NCBI GenBank assembly: GCA_963769025.1
Contig: CAVYKI010000006.1
Span: 64,001 to 128,000, forward strand
Direction of reading: 5' to 3'
From: an uncultured Verrucomicrobiae bacterium
Lineage (GTDB): Bacteria; Verrucomicrobiota; Verrucomicrobiia; Chthoniobacterales; Chthoniobacteraceae
DNA: 64,000 nt
A model generated the notes under the pieces. The model saw only the letters and a list, made by a program, of their open reading frames with translations, was not told the DNA's origin and did no database searches. The first letter of the stretch is position 1, and each line of letters opens with the position of its first letter. This document shows positions 33,166 through 44,143 of the stretch, one piece after another. Position numbers and translations under genes: made by a program.

Positions 33166-36100
33166 TCCCGAAGCTCATCGAGTGGTCGCTGCGGAACCGC
33201 TTTCTCGTCGCCTGCGGCACGCTGCTGCTCGTCGCGCTCGGCATTCCGCGCTGCTGCGACGCCGGTCGATGCGATCCCGGATCTCACCGAAAACCAGGTC
33301 ATCGTCTTCGCCGATTGGAAGGGCCGCAGCCCGCAGGAAGTCGAGGATCAGGTCACCTATCCGCTCTCCACGCGGCCTGCAGGGACTCGCGGGCGTGAAG
33401 GAAGTGCGGGCGCACCTCGCATGTTCGGATTCTCGCTGATCACCGATCATTTTCGAGGATGACGTGGACACCTATTTCGCGCGGACGCGCGTCCTGGAGC
33501 GCCTGAATTTCCTCGGCGACAGTGCTGCCCGACGGCGTCACGCCGCAGCTCGGCCCGGACGCGACCGGTCTCGGCTGGGTGTATCAATATTATCTCGACG
33601 TCGATCCCGCGAAGGCGCCGGACGGCGGCTATGATCTCGGCCGAGCTGCGCGTCGCTCCAGGATTGGTATATCCGCTATCAGCTCGCCAGCGTGCCGGGC
33701 GTCGCGGAAGTCGCCAGCATCGGCGGCTTCGTGAAGCAGTATCAGATCGAGGTTTCCTCCACCAAAATGCGGGCCGCCGGCGTGACGCTGATGGAGGTGA
33801 TGACCGCCGTGCAAGACGCAATCTCAATGTCGGCGGAAAGGTCATCGAGGAAAACGGCATGGAGTTCGTCGTGCGCGGCATCGGTTTGGTGAAGAGCACC
33901 GAGGACCTCGAACAGATCGTCGCTGCACGAGCGGTGAAGGGCACGCCGATTTATCTCAGGGACATCGCCACCGTCGCAGATCGGCGGCGATTTCCGCCGC
34001 GGCGCGCTCGACGTCAATGGCCACGAAGCGGTCGGCGGCACGGTGGTGATGCGCACCGGCGAAAATGCCAAGGCGGTGATCGAGCGCGGTGAAGGAAAAG
34101 ATCGCGCAGATCGCTCCGAGCCTGCCGCCCGGCGTGACCATCAAGCCGTTCTACGATCGCAGCGAACTCATCGACCGCACCATCGACACGCTCAAGCACG
34201 CGCTCATCGAGGAAATCATCCTCGTCACGCTCGCGCACATCATTTTCCTCTTGCACTTCCGCAGCATCCTCATCGTCACGCTGCCGCTGCCGGTCTCGAT
34301 CCTGATCTCGTTCCTCCTGATGAAGCAGTTCGGCATCACCTCGAACATCATGTCGCTCGACCGGCATCGCCATCGCCATCGGCGTGCTGGTGGATGCCGC
34401 GATCGTGGTGACGGAAAACGTCATCCGCCATTGCGAAGAGGCGGAGGAGGAAAGGGGCGGCGCCTCACCGCGGCGGAAACGTGGCGACGTCACGCTCGGC
34501 GCGTCGCAGCAGGTCGGCCGGCCGATCTTCTTCGCGATGGCCATCATCATCCTCGCCTTCGTGCCGGTGTTCGCGCTCACCGGGCAGGAGGGGAAACTCT
34601 TCCATCCGCTCGCCTTCACGAAGACCTTCGCGATGATCGGCTCCACCCTGCTCGCGGTGACGCTCGTCCCGGTGCTCTGCTCGCTGCTCGTGCGCGGCCC
34701 GTTCCACGCGAGGAGCGACAACTGGTGATGCGTTCCCTGCTCCGGCATCTATGATCCGGTGCTCGACTGGGCGCTGCGCCACCGCAAGACCGTGCTCGCG
34801 CTCGCCGCATTGCTGCTCGTCGCCGCGCTTACGCTCGCGCTCGGACTGCCGCGCGCGGTGCTCGCGAAGCTCGACGGCTGGCCGCGCGCGCAGACTGCGT
34901 TCGCGGGATCGGCAGGGAGTTCATGCCGCCGCTGAATGAAGGCAGCCTGCTCTTCATGCCGGTGTTCATCCCCACGACCGAGCCTCACCGAAGTCAAGCG
35001 GGTCATGTCTTGGCAGGACACGGTGATCGCGGAGACGCCCGAGGTGCTGAGCGTCGCGCGGAAAACTCGGCCGCGTGGAAACCGCGACTGATCCCGCGCC
35101 GGTCGAGATGATCGAGACCACCATCATGCTGAAGCCGCCGGAGCGAGTGGCGCGCAGGCATGACGCTTGCAGAAACTGCAGCGCCGAGCTGACCGCAGAA
35201 GCTCACGCAGGTGCCCGGTTACGTACCGGGCGCGTTCCTCCAGCCGATCGAGAATCGCCGATCCTGATGCTCTCCACCGGCATCCGCGCACAGCTCGGCG
35301 TGAAGATTCTCGGCGACGATCTCGACACGCTCCAGCGGCTCACGTCCGAGGTCGAACGCGTCATCCGCGAGGTGCGCGGAGCGGCGGTGTTTCGCCTCTG
35401 CGCGTGCAGGGAAAGCCCTATCTCGAGATCGACATCGATCGCGAAGCCGCCGGGCGCTACGGCCTGAGGGCGGAGCAGCTCTTCGCCGTCATCGAGGCCG
35501 GCCTCGGCGGACGCAAGGTCGCGACGACCATCGAGGGACGCGTGCGTATCCCGATCCAGGTCCGCCTCGCAGCGCGAGGAACGCGACGACATCGAGCGCA
35601 TCGGCTCGCTGCTCGTCGGCATGCCGAATGGGAAGCACATCCCGCTCGCACAGGTCGCCACGATCCGCCGCACGAGCGGGCCGAACGAAATCCAGAGCGA
35701 AAACGGGCGCCTGAAAAGCTACGTGCAGGCCAACGTGCAGGACCGCGATCTCGCCGGCTTCGTGAAGGAGGTGAAGGCGCGCGTCGAAGCCATCCCGCGT
35801 CCGCCCGGCGTGAAGTTCGAGTTCGCCGGCGAATACGAAAACCAGATCCGCGCTCATCGAGACCATGTGGCTCGTCGTTCCCTGCGTTCTCGTCGTCATT
35901 TTCCTCCTGCTCTACATCGTCTATGGCAGCGCGAAGGAAGCCGCGCACGTCATCCTCGCCGTGCCCTTCGCGCTCACCGGCGGCGTCTTCCTGCAATATG
36001 CCCTCGGCTACAATTTCAGCGCCGCCGTCGCCGTCGGCTACATCGCGCTCTTCGGCACCGCGATCCAGACCGGCGTGGTCATGGTCGTTTATCTCGAGGA

Positions 36101-36404
36101 AGTCGCTGGAGCAAAAGCGCAAGGCCCTGGCGCCGCCTTCACCCGCACCGACCTCATCGCCGCGGTGAAAGAAGGCGCGCGCCTGCGCCTGCGCCCCAAG
36201 GTGATGACCGTCGCCACCATCGTCGCCAGCCTGCTGCCCATCATGTGGAGTTCCCGCACCGGCGCGGAAGTGATGAAGCCCCTCGCCGCCCCCGTCATCG
36301 GCGGCATGCTCAGCAGCCTGCTCCACATCCTCGTCGTCACGCCCGTCATCTTTGCATGGCTGCGCGAAAGGGAATGCCGGGGTGAAGCCGCGGGCGAAAA
36401 GTAG
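33162..36404 (+). CDS. cusA: CusA-type Cu/Ag RND efflux permease (multiple indels)
   Basis: [60 protein letters not shown]. Confidence 0.93.
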
Positions 36405-36593
36405 GGCCGCGCATTCGCATAGGAAGACTTCCCCAAAAAACTGTTGCCAAATGAGCGTGAATATTCAGTAAATCCCCACTGCATCGATTTGGCCCCCCAA
36501 ATGAACACTGACACGGCACGGCAGCGTCTGAGAGGGGACGGAGGCGAGGAAGGCTCCGTCCGAGTCCAGCCACCCTCCAAGTCGTCACAGTTT

Positions 36594-36803
36594 GGCAACG
36601 TGGCCACCTCGAACGGAAACATCGCCGGGAAAACCGCATCTCTCGGAACCCGGACGGGCGCCATGGATTCGCTGCCATTCACCATTTCCGGCAGGGCCGG
36701 AAGCATGAAAATCCAAACCGGAACCATCGGAGCCCAAAACCGAACCATGGAAATCCAAACCCGCACCATGGAAACCCCAAACCGAACCATTTTCACCTCG
36801 CCA
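36594..36803 (+). repeat. Degenerate 21-bp tandem array, about 10 units
   Basis: Units such as GGAAGCATGAAAATCCAAACC, GGAACCATCGGAGCCCAAAAC, CGAACCATGGAAATCCAAACC, CGCACCATGGAAACCCCAAAC in exact 21-nt register. Confidence 0.8.
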
Positions 36804-36877
36804 AGCATCGCAACGACCCCACCCGAAAGCCGCGAAATGTAAATCCAACCACTTCCACATCAACCATTACCGCCACC

Positions 36878-37645
36878 ATGCCCGACCAACCCTCCACTCC
36901 GCCCCCGGCAGCCACTCCAGCGCCCGACGGAAAGACCCGCGCCAAACGCGCCGAAGTCAACCGCGCCACCCTCAACGACATTTTCCTCGCCGACAAGTGC
37001 GCCAAAGCCGCCGCCGAGGACGAAAACATTGCCACCCTCTCGGGACGCGACTGGACCGCCCAGGAACAGGCCGGCCTCACCGCCGGAGTCACCCTCGCCG
37101 AAGACCTCGTCCGCAAAATCAAAGCCGCCCGTGCCGGCAAAAAGACCCGCACCCAGACCGAGACCGCCGCCCGCGAAGAACTCCTCGCCGCCCTCGACCC
37201 CATCCTCACCGGAGCCAAGCGCACCTTCCCCGACCGGGCCGGAGAGCGCACCCTCTTCGGAGTCGGCGAAAACATCGCCAACTCCACCACCCACAGCCTC
37301 TGGCGCCTCGCCCGCGACACCCACGAAAACCTCACCCCCGGCGAAGGCGAAGCAGGCTACCCCAGCCCCGCCAACTACACCCTCAAAGGCGTCCTCCCCG
37401 AAGAAATCGACCGCCTCGGCGACCTCGCCCAGAAATACAAGGACGCCGACTTCGCCCAGGCCGAAGCCAACCTCACCGCCGCCGAACACCTCGACCGGCT
37501 CAACCAGCACATGGACAAAAAGCTGAACCCCCTCCGCCGCGAACTCCAGCTCACCGCCGAACAAGCCTGGCCCTACCGCGAATCCACCAACCGCAGCAAA
37601 CGCCTGGCCTTCGGCCTCCCGGGCAACCGGCCGATGACGGAGTAG
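36878..37645 (+). CDS. Hypothetical all-helical protein with two internal repeats and atypical C/A-ending codons
   Basis: Intact 255-aa ORF; the two halves end AKRTFP..RTLFGV and AEQAWP..RLAFGL. Confidence 0.85.
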   Translation: MPDQPSTPPPAATPAPDGKTRAKRAEVNRATLNDIFLADKCAKAAAEDENIATLSGRDWTAQEQAGLTAGVTLAEDLVRKIKAARAGKKTRTQTETAAREELLAALDPILTGAKRTFPDRAGERTLFGVGENIANSTTHSLWRLARDTHENLTPGEGEAGYPSPANYTLKGVLPEEIDRLGDLAQKYKDADFAQAEANLTAAEHLDRLNQHMDKKLNPLRRELQLTAEQAWPYRESTNRSKRLAFGLPGNRPMTE

Positions 37646-37684
37646 CGCCCGCGCTCGATCGAAGCCACCCACGGTCTTCCGGCC

Positions 37685-37836
37685 ATGAAAGCCGCCGCCC
37701 GCAAACCGAACCGCAAGGCCGCTAATCAGCAGCCTGCCCGCTGCATGACCCGCGCACTCGCGCGAGGCCCGCGCCGTGGGTAGTGGCAAGGGCAAGTTCG
37801 CACGGGGTCGCCTTCCTGCGCACGCTGAAAAAATGA
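37685..37836 (+). pseudogene. Possible antitoxin remnant
   Basis: Short basic frame MKAAARKPNRK...VAFLRTLKK whose TGA overlaps the ATG of the PIN gene (ATGA); disrupted. Confidence 0.4.
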
Positions 37837-38295
37837 CCGCGTATGCCGGACACTTCAAGGTGGAACGCCTGCAAGATCACCGATGATGGGAATCACCGCG
37901 CAGCAGTCGAAGTATTCGACCGGTTTCGCCGAAATCCGAATCCTCTGGACGCCGTCAGCGCGTCGAGGTCTTCAATTCGCCCCGCCAGCTTGAGCGTGCG
38001 GGCGTGATCATTGGGGGCAAGTCCCCACGTTGATCCGCCTGCTCGAACAGGAAGTCCGCCTCGGCTACTGGCCGCGACGCCGAGTTCGACTGGCGCGACG
38101 CCGTCCGCACCGCATGAGAACACAGCGCCGAGCACGGCCTCACCGTGCCATCCGCGGAAACGGATCTTTTCCACGTCGCCATCGCCATCGAAACAGGAGC
38201 CGACACGCTCCTGACATTTGACGGGGAGCAAAGAAGCTCTCGCGGAAGCCGCAGGCGTGCGAGTGCTCCCGCTACGTCCGACTGCGGTGAGAAAT
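37833..38295 (+). pseudogene. vapC: VapC-like PIN-domain toxin, disrupted
   Basis: Reassembled MTAYA(D)TS..RVEVFNS..EFDWRDAV..DLFHVAIAIETGADTLLTFD..LAEAAG; several indels and a TGA near 38115. Confidence 0.7.
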
Positions 38296-39574
38296 AGACG
38301 ACTGTTTGGTCTGCCCCTTTCACCCTTGTTTCACTCCAAGATAATCTCAACTTGTCCAACGTGAAGATTTCCTGGCCTGACGAGATGACACTCGCTTTGA
38401 TTTTCGGAGAGGGCGATGATTCTGTTGCGGACATTGTGCTGTCATCAGGACAACAACCGTGTCCGTCGTATGCATTGGGATACAGGCGGACCAGTGGAGT
38501 ATCTATGAAGCGAGGAAATTAAAGTTCGCCACGATGGTCGAATTAGGCAATTTCCGATGTCTTGTGGCATACGTCGAGAGTGCGCTTGGCAGAACTTCCG
38601 AAGGCATCTGCCCTCTTGGAGAACAGCCCGATTGGTAAATGTGGACAGCGTCCATGAATCAGGTCGCTGGGGGCAGAGTGAAAAGATCTGCTCGCGGAGA
38701 TCAGACCCAAGTCCCTTGAAGTGATATCCGCCAATGTTCGAGGTCGCCTTTTACTCGGCTCGAGCGATCACTTTGACTGGATGGTCTATGACCGTTATCC
38801 TGTAAAAGCCCGACGGCGTGAAGACCTCATTTACATCCAATAAAATAGGTCGATATGCCGAAAACGTCCATACGCCTTGCGCCGGGTTTACTACATTCCT
38901 GGACAGTATGCGACAGACCGGAGAGTATCCGTCGGTGGTACGCAATCGCGGATTGCACGCCGGTAACGCGAGGGAGGGTGTCCAATTTCGTAGCCTCATC
39001 GGAATTTGTCAACGGCAGCAAGTCGACTCGATCTAGGTGGCTCAACGTGAGATCGCGTGACGACCACAATTGGTGGGCTCAACGCCTCAAGGTCGACTCG
39101 CGAGAGCGGCTCTCGGGACAATCGTTCACCCGAGGACTCACATCGCTCTCGAGGATATGCCGAAGCCGCGCATCAGATTCATCGAATGGGGCCACCGTAA
39201 CCTCCAGTCGGTCAAACGGGTCGAGTTGTTTCCATTAAGAATTGGGCTGAGAATAAGATAGCGGACCAAAAATTTCTCACTCCTACGGCGCGTTCCCTAC
39301 TCGAGGAGGACGTACAAGCCGTTATTGATGCACTCATCTTTTTTGATGAGAAACTCCCTTTTATTCACGGAGCCGATTGGCGCGATAAGCTCCTGAGAAC
39401 CCTGCAATCCAGAATTGATCACTCCACACTCGCTCCCTATCTTTCCAAAGGCGAGGAAGCTTGGTTAGTTCAGCGGAATCAGCCGGCGAATGAGATACTC
39501 CTTCTTGAAATTTCTCATTATGGCACGCTCTTCAAAGCACTCGCCGAGTGGCTTCCATTACCCCCTACTCGCTA
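38295..39574. other. Low-GC insert containing a fragmented plus-strand gene of unknown function
   Basis: Visibly more AT-rich than the flanks; start-less open frame 39201-39574 (NWAENKIADQKFLTPTARSLLEEDVQAVIDALIFFDEK...LAEWLPLPPTR*). Confidence 0.55.
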
Positions 39575-39594
39575 ATTCGTGGGAGAAAACCGTG

Positions 39595-40863
39595 CTAGAT
39601 GCGAATCTGCCCGGTGCCGCGGAGCACGTATTTGTAGGTCGTCAGTTCCTCCAGCGCCATCGGGCCGCGGGCGTGGAGCTTGTCCGTGGAGATGCCGATC
39701 TCCGCGCCGAAGCCAAATTCGCCGCCGTCGGTGAAGCGCGTGGAGGCGTTCCAATAGACGGTCGCGCTATCGACCTCGGCGAGGAAGCGCTCGGCGGCTG
39801 TTCGTCGCGGTGACGATGCCGTCGCTGTGATGCGAGCCGTGCTCTTCGATGTGCGCGATCGCTTCGTCCGGTGAATCCACGACTTTCACCGCGAGGATGA
39901 GTCGAGAAACTCGGTGCGGAAATCCTCGCTCGGTCGCGGGCTTCGTTTTGCCGCCGAGCAGTTCGACGGCTGCGTGCGTCGCCGCGGACGTCGCACGCAG
40001 TTCACCCTTTTCGAGCAGTGCGTCGCCCGTCGTCGCGAAGAATTTCGTCGCCACATCGCGATGCACGAGGACAGTCTCGATGGCGTTGCAGACGCCGGGG
40101 CGCTGGCACTTGGCATTGATGCACGATGCTCTCCGCCATCGCGAGATCGGCGTCCGGTCCACGTACATGATGCAGATGCCGTCGTAGTGTTTGATGACCG
40201 GCATGCGCGCGTGGCTGACCACGGTTTCGATCAGCCCCTTGCCGCCGCGCGGCACGATCACGTCGAGGTATTGGTCCATCTCGCACAGGTGACGCACGGC
40301 TTCGCGGTCGGTCGTCGGGGATGAGCAGCACGCGTCGCCGGGCAGGCCGGCCTGCGCCGCGCCGCGGCTGAGCGCGGCGGCGATGGCGACGTTCGAGTGG
40401 ATGGATTCGCTGCCGCCGCGGAGGATCGTGGCGTTGCCGGTCTTCGTGCAGAGCACGGCGGCGTCGCTGGTCACGTTCGGGCGCGATTCGTAGATGATGC
40501 CGACGACGCCGATGGGGACGCGGACTTTCTGGATGCGCAGGCCGTTCGGGCGCGTCCAGTCGCGGATGATCTCGCCGACTGGATCGGGCAGCGCGGCGAC
40601 CTCGCGGATGCCATCGGCCATCGCCGCGAGGCGCGTCTCGGATTGAGCGTGAGCCGGTCGAGCATCGCGCCGGAAAGCCCGTCGGTCTTCGCACGGGCGA
40701 CGTCCTCGGCGTTGGCGGCGAGGATGGCGTCCTGCGCGGCGACGAGTTCGTCGGCCATCGCGAGGAGGCCGGCGTTTTTCTGCGCGGTCGTGCACTGGCG
40801 GAGCTGGCGCGCGGCGGCCTTTGCGCGTTTGCCGAAGTCGAGGATCTGGTCGTTGAGATTCAT
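39595..40863 (-). CDS. proA: Gamma-glutamyl phosphate reductase (indels)
   Basis: [52 protein letters not shown]. Confidence 0.94.
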
Positions 40864-40878
40864 GGGCGATGCGATTTT

Positions 40879-41663
40879 CTACTGCGCCTGCAAGGGGACC
40901 AGCGGCGGGAAATAGGTGCCCGCGGGTTTTCCCGAGGCTGCGCGGATGATCTGGCCGGCTTTCCTGCCGCTGGCGATCACGGTCGGGATGCCGGCCTGCA
41001 CGGCGGTGCGAACGGCCTGGAGCTTCGAGGCCATGCCGCCGACGCTGAGGCGGCCTTTTTCCTGACGGACGAATTTTCCAACCTCATCCACGTCATCGAC
41101 GCGGGTGAGCGTGCGGCCCTTGGAGTCGAGCAGGCCGTCCACGCTGGTGAGGAGGACGAGGAGATTTGCGTCGGCGAGGATGGCGACCTCGGCGCTGAGG
41201 TGGTCGTTGTCGCCGAATTTGAGCTCTTCGACGGCGACGGTGTCGTTCTCGTTCACGATGGGAATGACGCGATTGGCGAGCAGGCGGCCGATGGTGTTGC
41301 GGATGTTTGCGTAGGCGATGCGGCTGTTCAGATCCGAGTGTGTGAGGAGGAGCTGCGCGACGGGCATGTTATGCCGTGCGAAATGCCCGGAGTAGCAGGC
41401 CATCAGGCATCCCTGGCCGACGGCTGCGCAGGCCTGGCGCGTCGCGAGATCCTCGGGCCTCGACATGAGGCCGAGCGAGCCGAGCCCGGCCGCCACCGCG
41501 CCGCTGGAGACGATGATGACCTCGTGTCCCGAGCCCGCCAGCACGGAGACTTCCTTCGGCGATGCGCGGCAAACTGCCGCTGGTCGAGGTTCGTGCCCTT
41601 GGCGGTGGCAAGAATCCCGGAGCCAAATTTCAGGACGATTCGTTTGTATGCGGTGGCGGGCAT
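40879..41663 (-). CDS. proB: Glutamate 5-kinase, short form without PUA domain (one indel)
   Basis: RIVLKFGS, VSSGAVAAG, NENDTV..FGDNDHLSA, GGMASKL. Confidence 0.94.
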
Positions 41664-41767
41664 GAGGCGCCGGTAGATAGCGCGGCGACGCGGAATGTCG
41701 AACGAGGAATCACTTCTGCCAACTCCGGTCTTTCCCGTCGGCGGCGCCTCATGCTATCAATCGCTCC

Positions 41768-43722
41768 ATGAGCAAACCAACCCCAGCCACGCAGGCCGCG
41801 CTCGACACGGCAAAGCTGATCGAGTCCGTCGCGCAAAATGTCCGACTGGTCGCGGAGGCCGGCGATTCCGCGACTTATGCGGAGAGCATCACGCAGCTCG
41901 CGGAAGGCGGGCACTGGACCGAGATCGTGGATCGCTTTTACAAGACGCTGGCCTTCGGGACCGGCGGGCTGCGTGGCCGGACGATCGGCCGCGTGGTGAC
42001 GGCCGCCGAGCGCGGCGGGGCGGAGGCGGTCGAGCGGCCCGCGCAGCCGTGCGTCGGGACGAATGCGATGAACTATTTCAACATCAGCCGCGCGACGCAG
42101 GGGCTCGTGGCGTATCTGCACGAGTGGTTCCGGAAGAAGAAGCTCCCGGGGCGTCCGAAGATCGTCATCGCGCACGACCCGCGTCATTTTTCCCGCGAGT
42201 TCGCGGAGCTGACGGCGAAGGTCGCCACCGACCTCGGCTGCGATGCGGGGCTCTTCGAGGGGCCGCGTTCGACGCCGGAGCTTTCCTTTGCCGTGCGCCA
42301 CACGAATGCGACGGCGGGCATCGTGATCACCGCGTCGCACAACCCGCCGCATGACAATGGCTACAAGGCGTACTTTGCCGACGGCGCGCAGCTCGTGGAG
42401 CCGCATGCCGGGGCGGTCATCGCGAAGGTGAACGCCATCAGGACCGACCGCTACAAGCCGCTGCCGAAGGCGAAGCAGGGCAAGCGCAGCAAGCTCGGGC
42501 GGGAGGTGGACGAGGCCTACATGAAGCGGCTGGAGACGCTCGTGCTCGACCCGCGATGGTGAAGGCGGCGTCCGGCCTGAAGATCGTCTTCACGAGCATC
42601 CACGGCGTCGGCGGAGTCATCACGAAGCCGATGCTGGAGCGGCTCGGTTTCCGGTTCACGGTCGTGCCCGAGCAGGATGCGTTTGACGGGCGTTTCCCGA
42701 CGGTGAAATCGCCGAATCCGGAAAACGCCGAGGCGCTCGCGATGGCGATTTCGCTCGCCGGAAAGGAGCTGGCGGATGTCGTGATGGCGACCGATCCCGA
42801 CTGCGACCGGATGGGCGTGGCGATTCGCAATGCGAAGGGCGAGATGGAACTGCTCACCGGCAACCAGATCGGGTCGCTCATCGCCGCGTATCGGGTGCGG
42901 AAGCTGATCGACCTCGGAATCATCACCGCTGCGAACGCCGCGAACTGCGCAATCATCAAGACATTCGTGACCACCGATCTGCAAAAGGCGATCGCCGCAA
43001 AGCACGGCCTGCGCTGCGTGGAGACGCTGACCGGTTTCAAATACATCGGCGAAAAGCTCGGCAAGTACGAGGCTGCACTGCCTGCGGCGGCACGGGCAAA
43101 TTACCGGAAGCTCAGCGAGAAGGAGACGCGGGATCTTCGGCTGAAGCACTCGACCTACTATGTCGCCGGCGGCGAGGAGAGCTACGGATACAGCGCGCAT
43201 GATTTTGTACGCGACAAGGACGGCAACGCCGCGGTCGTGATGTTCGCCGAGGTCGCCGCATGGGCGAAGTCGCGCGGGCTGACGATCGACACGCTGCTCG
43301 ACGAAATCTACGCGGAGTACGGATTTTACTGGGAGAAGAACGGGACGCTCACTTTCGAGGGCGCGGACGGTGCGGCGAAAATCGCCAAGCTCGCCGCGAG
43401 CTACGCCAAGACGCCGCCGAAGGCCATGGACGGCGCGAAGGTCACCGGCGCGCGGGACTTCATGGCGAAGACTTTCAAGGACGTGGAAGGCGACGTGATT
43501 CCGAAGGAAAAGATGGTGATGTTCGATCTCGCCGACGGAAGGCGGGTCGCGGTGCGACCGTCCGGCACGGAGCCGAAGATCAAATTCTACCTTTTCGTGA
43601 GGCGCGATCCGAAGGGCGCGCGGTTCGCGGCGGCGGAACTCGGCGCCGTGAAGACCGAGGCGCGGGCGTCTCTCGATGCGCTTTGGACGTGGATTCAGGC
43701 GGACGTGAAACAACGCCTCTAA
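41768..43722 (+). CDS. Phospho-sugar mutase (phosphoglucomutase/phosphomannomutase); indel near 42555
   Basis: FGTGGLRG, ITASHNP, TDPDCDR, EESYG, RPSGTEPKIKFY. Confidence 0.94.
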
Positions 43723-43778
43723 TCCTCCCGGTGTGGCTCGGTAATCGCTTAGACAGGCACAACAACTGACTCCAATTC

Positions 43779-44087
43779 ATGGGACGTGAAATCAATCTCG
43801 ACGGAACCGAAATCTCGGTCATCAAGGCTCTCGGCATCGGGGGAGGCGAGATCGACGGCGGGACGCTGATATCGCGTTGCCAGGATCTCGAAATCGCCGA
43901 ACTGATCGACACGATCCGCGGACTCATGATGCAGGGCTACGTGGATGCCGACTCGAATTCATTTTACGACGCGGAGGAGATGGAGGACGTGAACTTCCGC
44001 GTGAACTCCGGCTACTCGAAGGATCTGAAGGAAGCGCTCGACCCGCAGCCCACGGCGAAGAAGAGCAAGCGCGTGCGGCGCGAGTAG
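43779..44087 (+). CDS. Hypothetical protein, winged-helix-like
   Basis: Intact 102-aa ORF; EISVIKAL..ELIDTIRGLMMQGYV pattern; basic tail. Confidence 0.7.
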   Translation: MGREINLDGTEISVIKALGIGGGEIDGGTLISRCQDLEIAELIDTIRGLMMQGYVDADSNSFYDAEEMEDVNFRVNSGYSKDLKEALDPQPTAKKSKRVRRE

Positions 44088-44143
44088 CGGCGGCGCAACA
44101 TCGCGACTTGGCAGCGGGAACGGTTGCAGGGCATCTCGGTGCG

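Noticed and set aside
36444..36475. Sigma70-like promoter (TTGCCA...TAAAT) upstream of the array
   Set aside because: The -10 match and spacing are poor, so it cannot be supported from sequence alone.
36594..36803. 21-bp array as a CRISPR array
   Set aside because: The units are contiguous and degenerate, with no repeat-spacer alternation and no cas genes.
36860..37858. 332-aa minus-strand ORF
   Set aside because: Antisense shadow produced by the C/A codon bias of the plus-strand gene; G/V/F/E-rich and not protein-like.
38110..38120. TGA in the vapC-like frame as selenocysteine or recoding
   Set aside because: It is surrounded by several other lesions and no SECIS-like hairpin was identified; decay or error is simpler.
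36400..39574. Variable region as a prophage, IS, integron or diversity-generating retroelement
   Set aside because: No integrase, transposase or reverse transcriptase motifs, and no att/terminal repeats or TR/VR pair seen.
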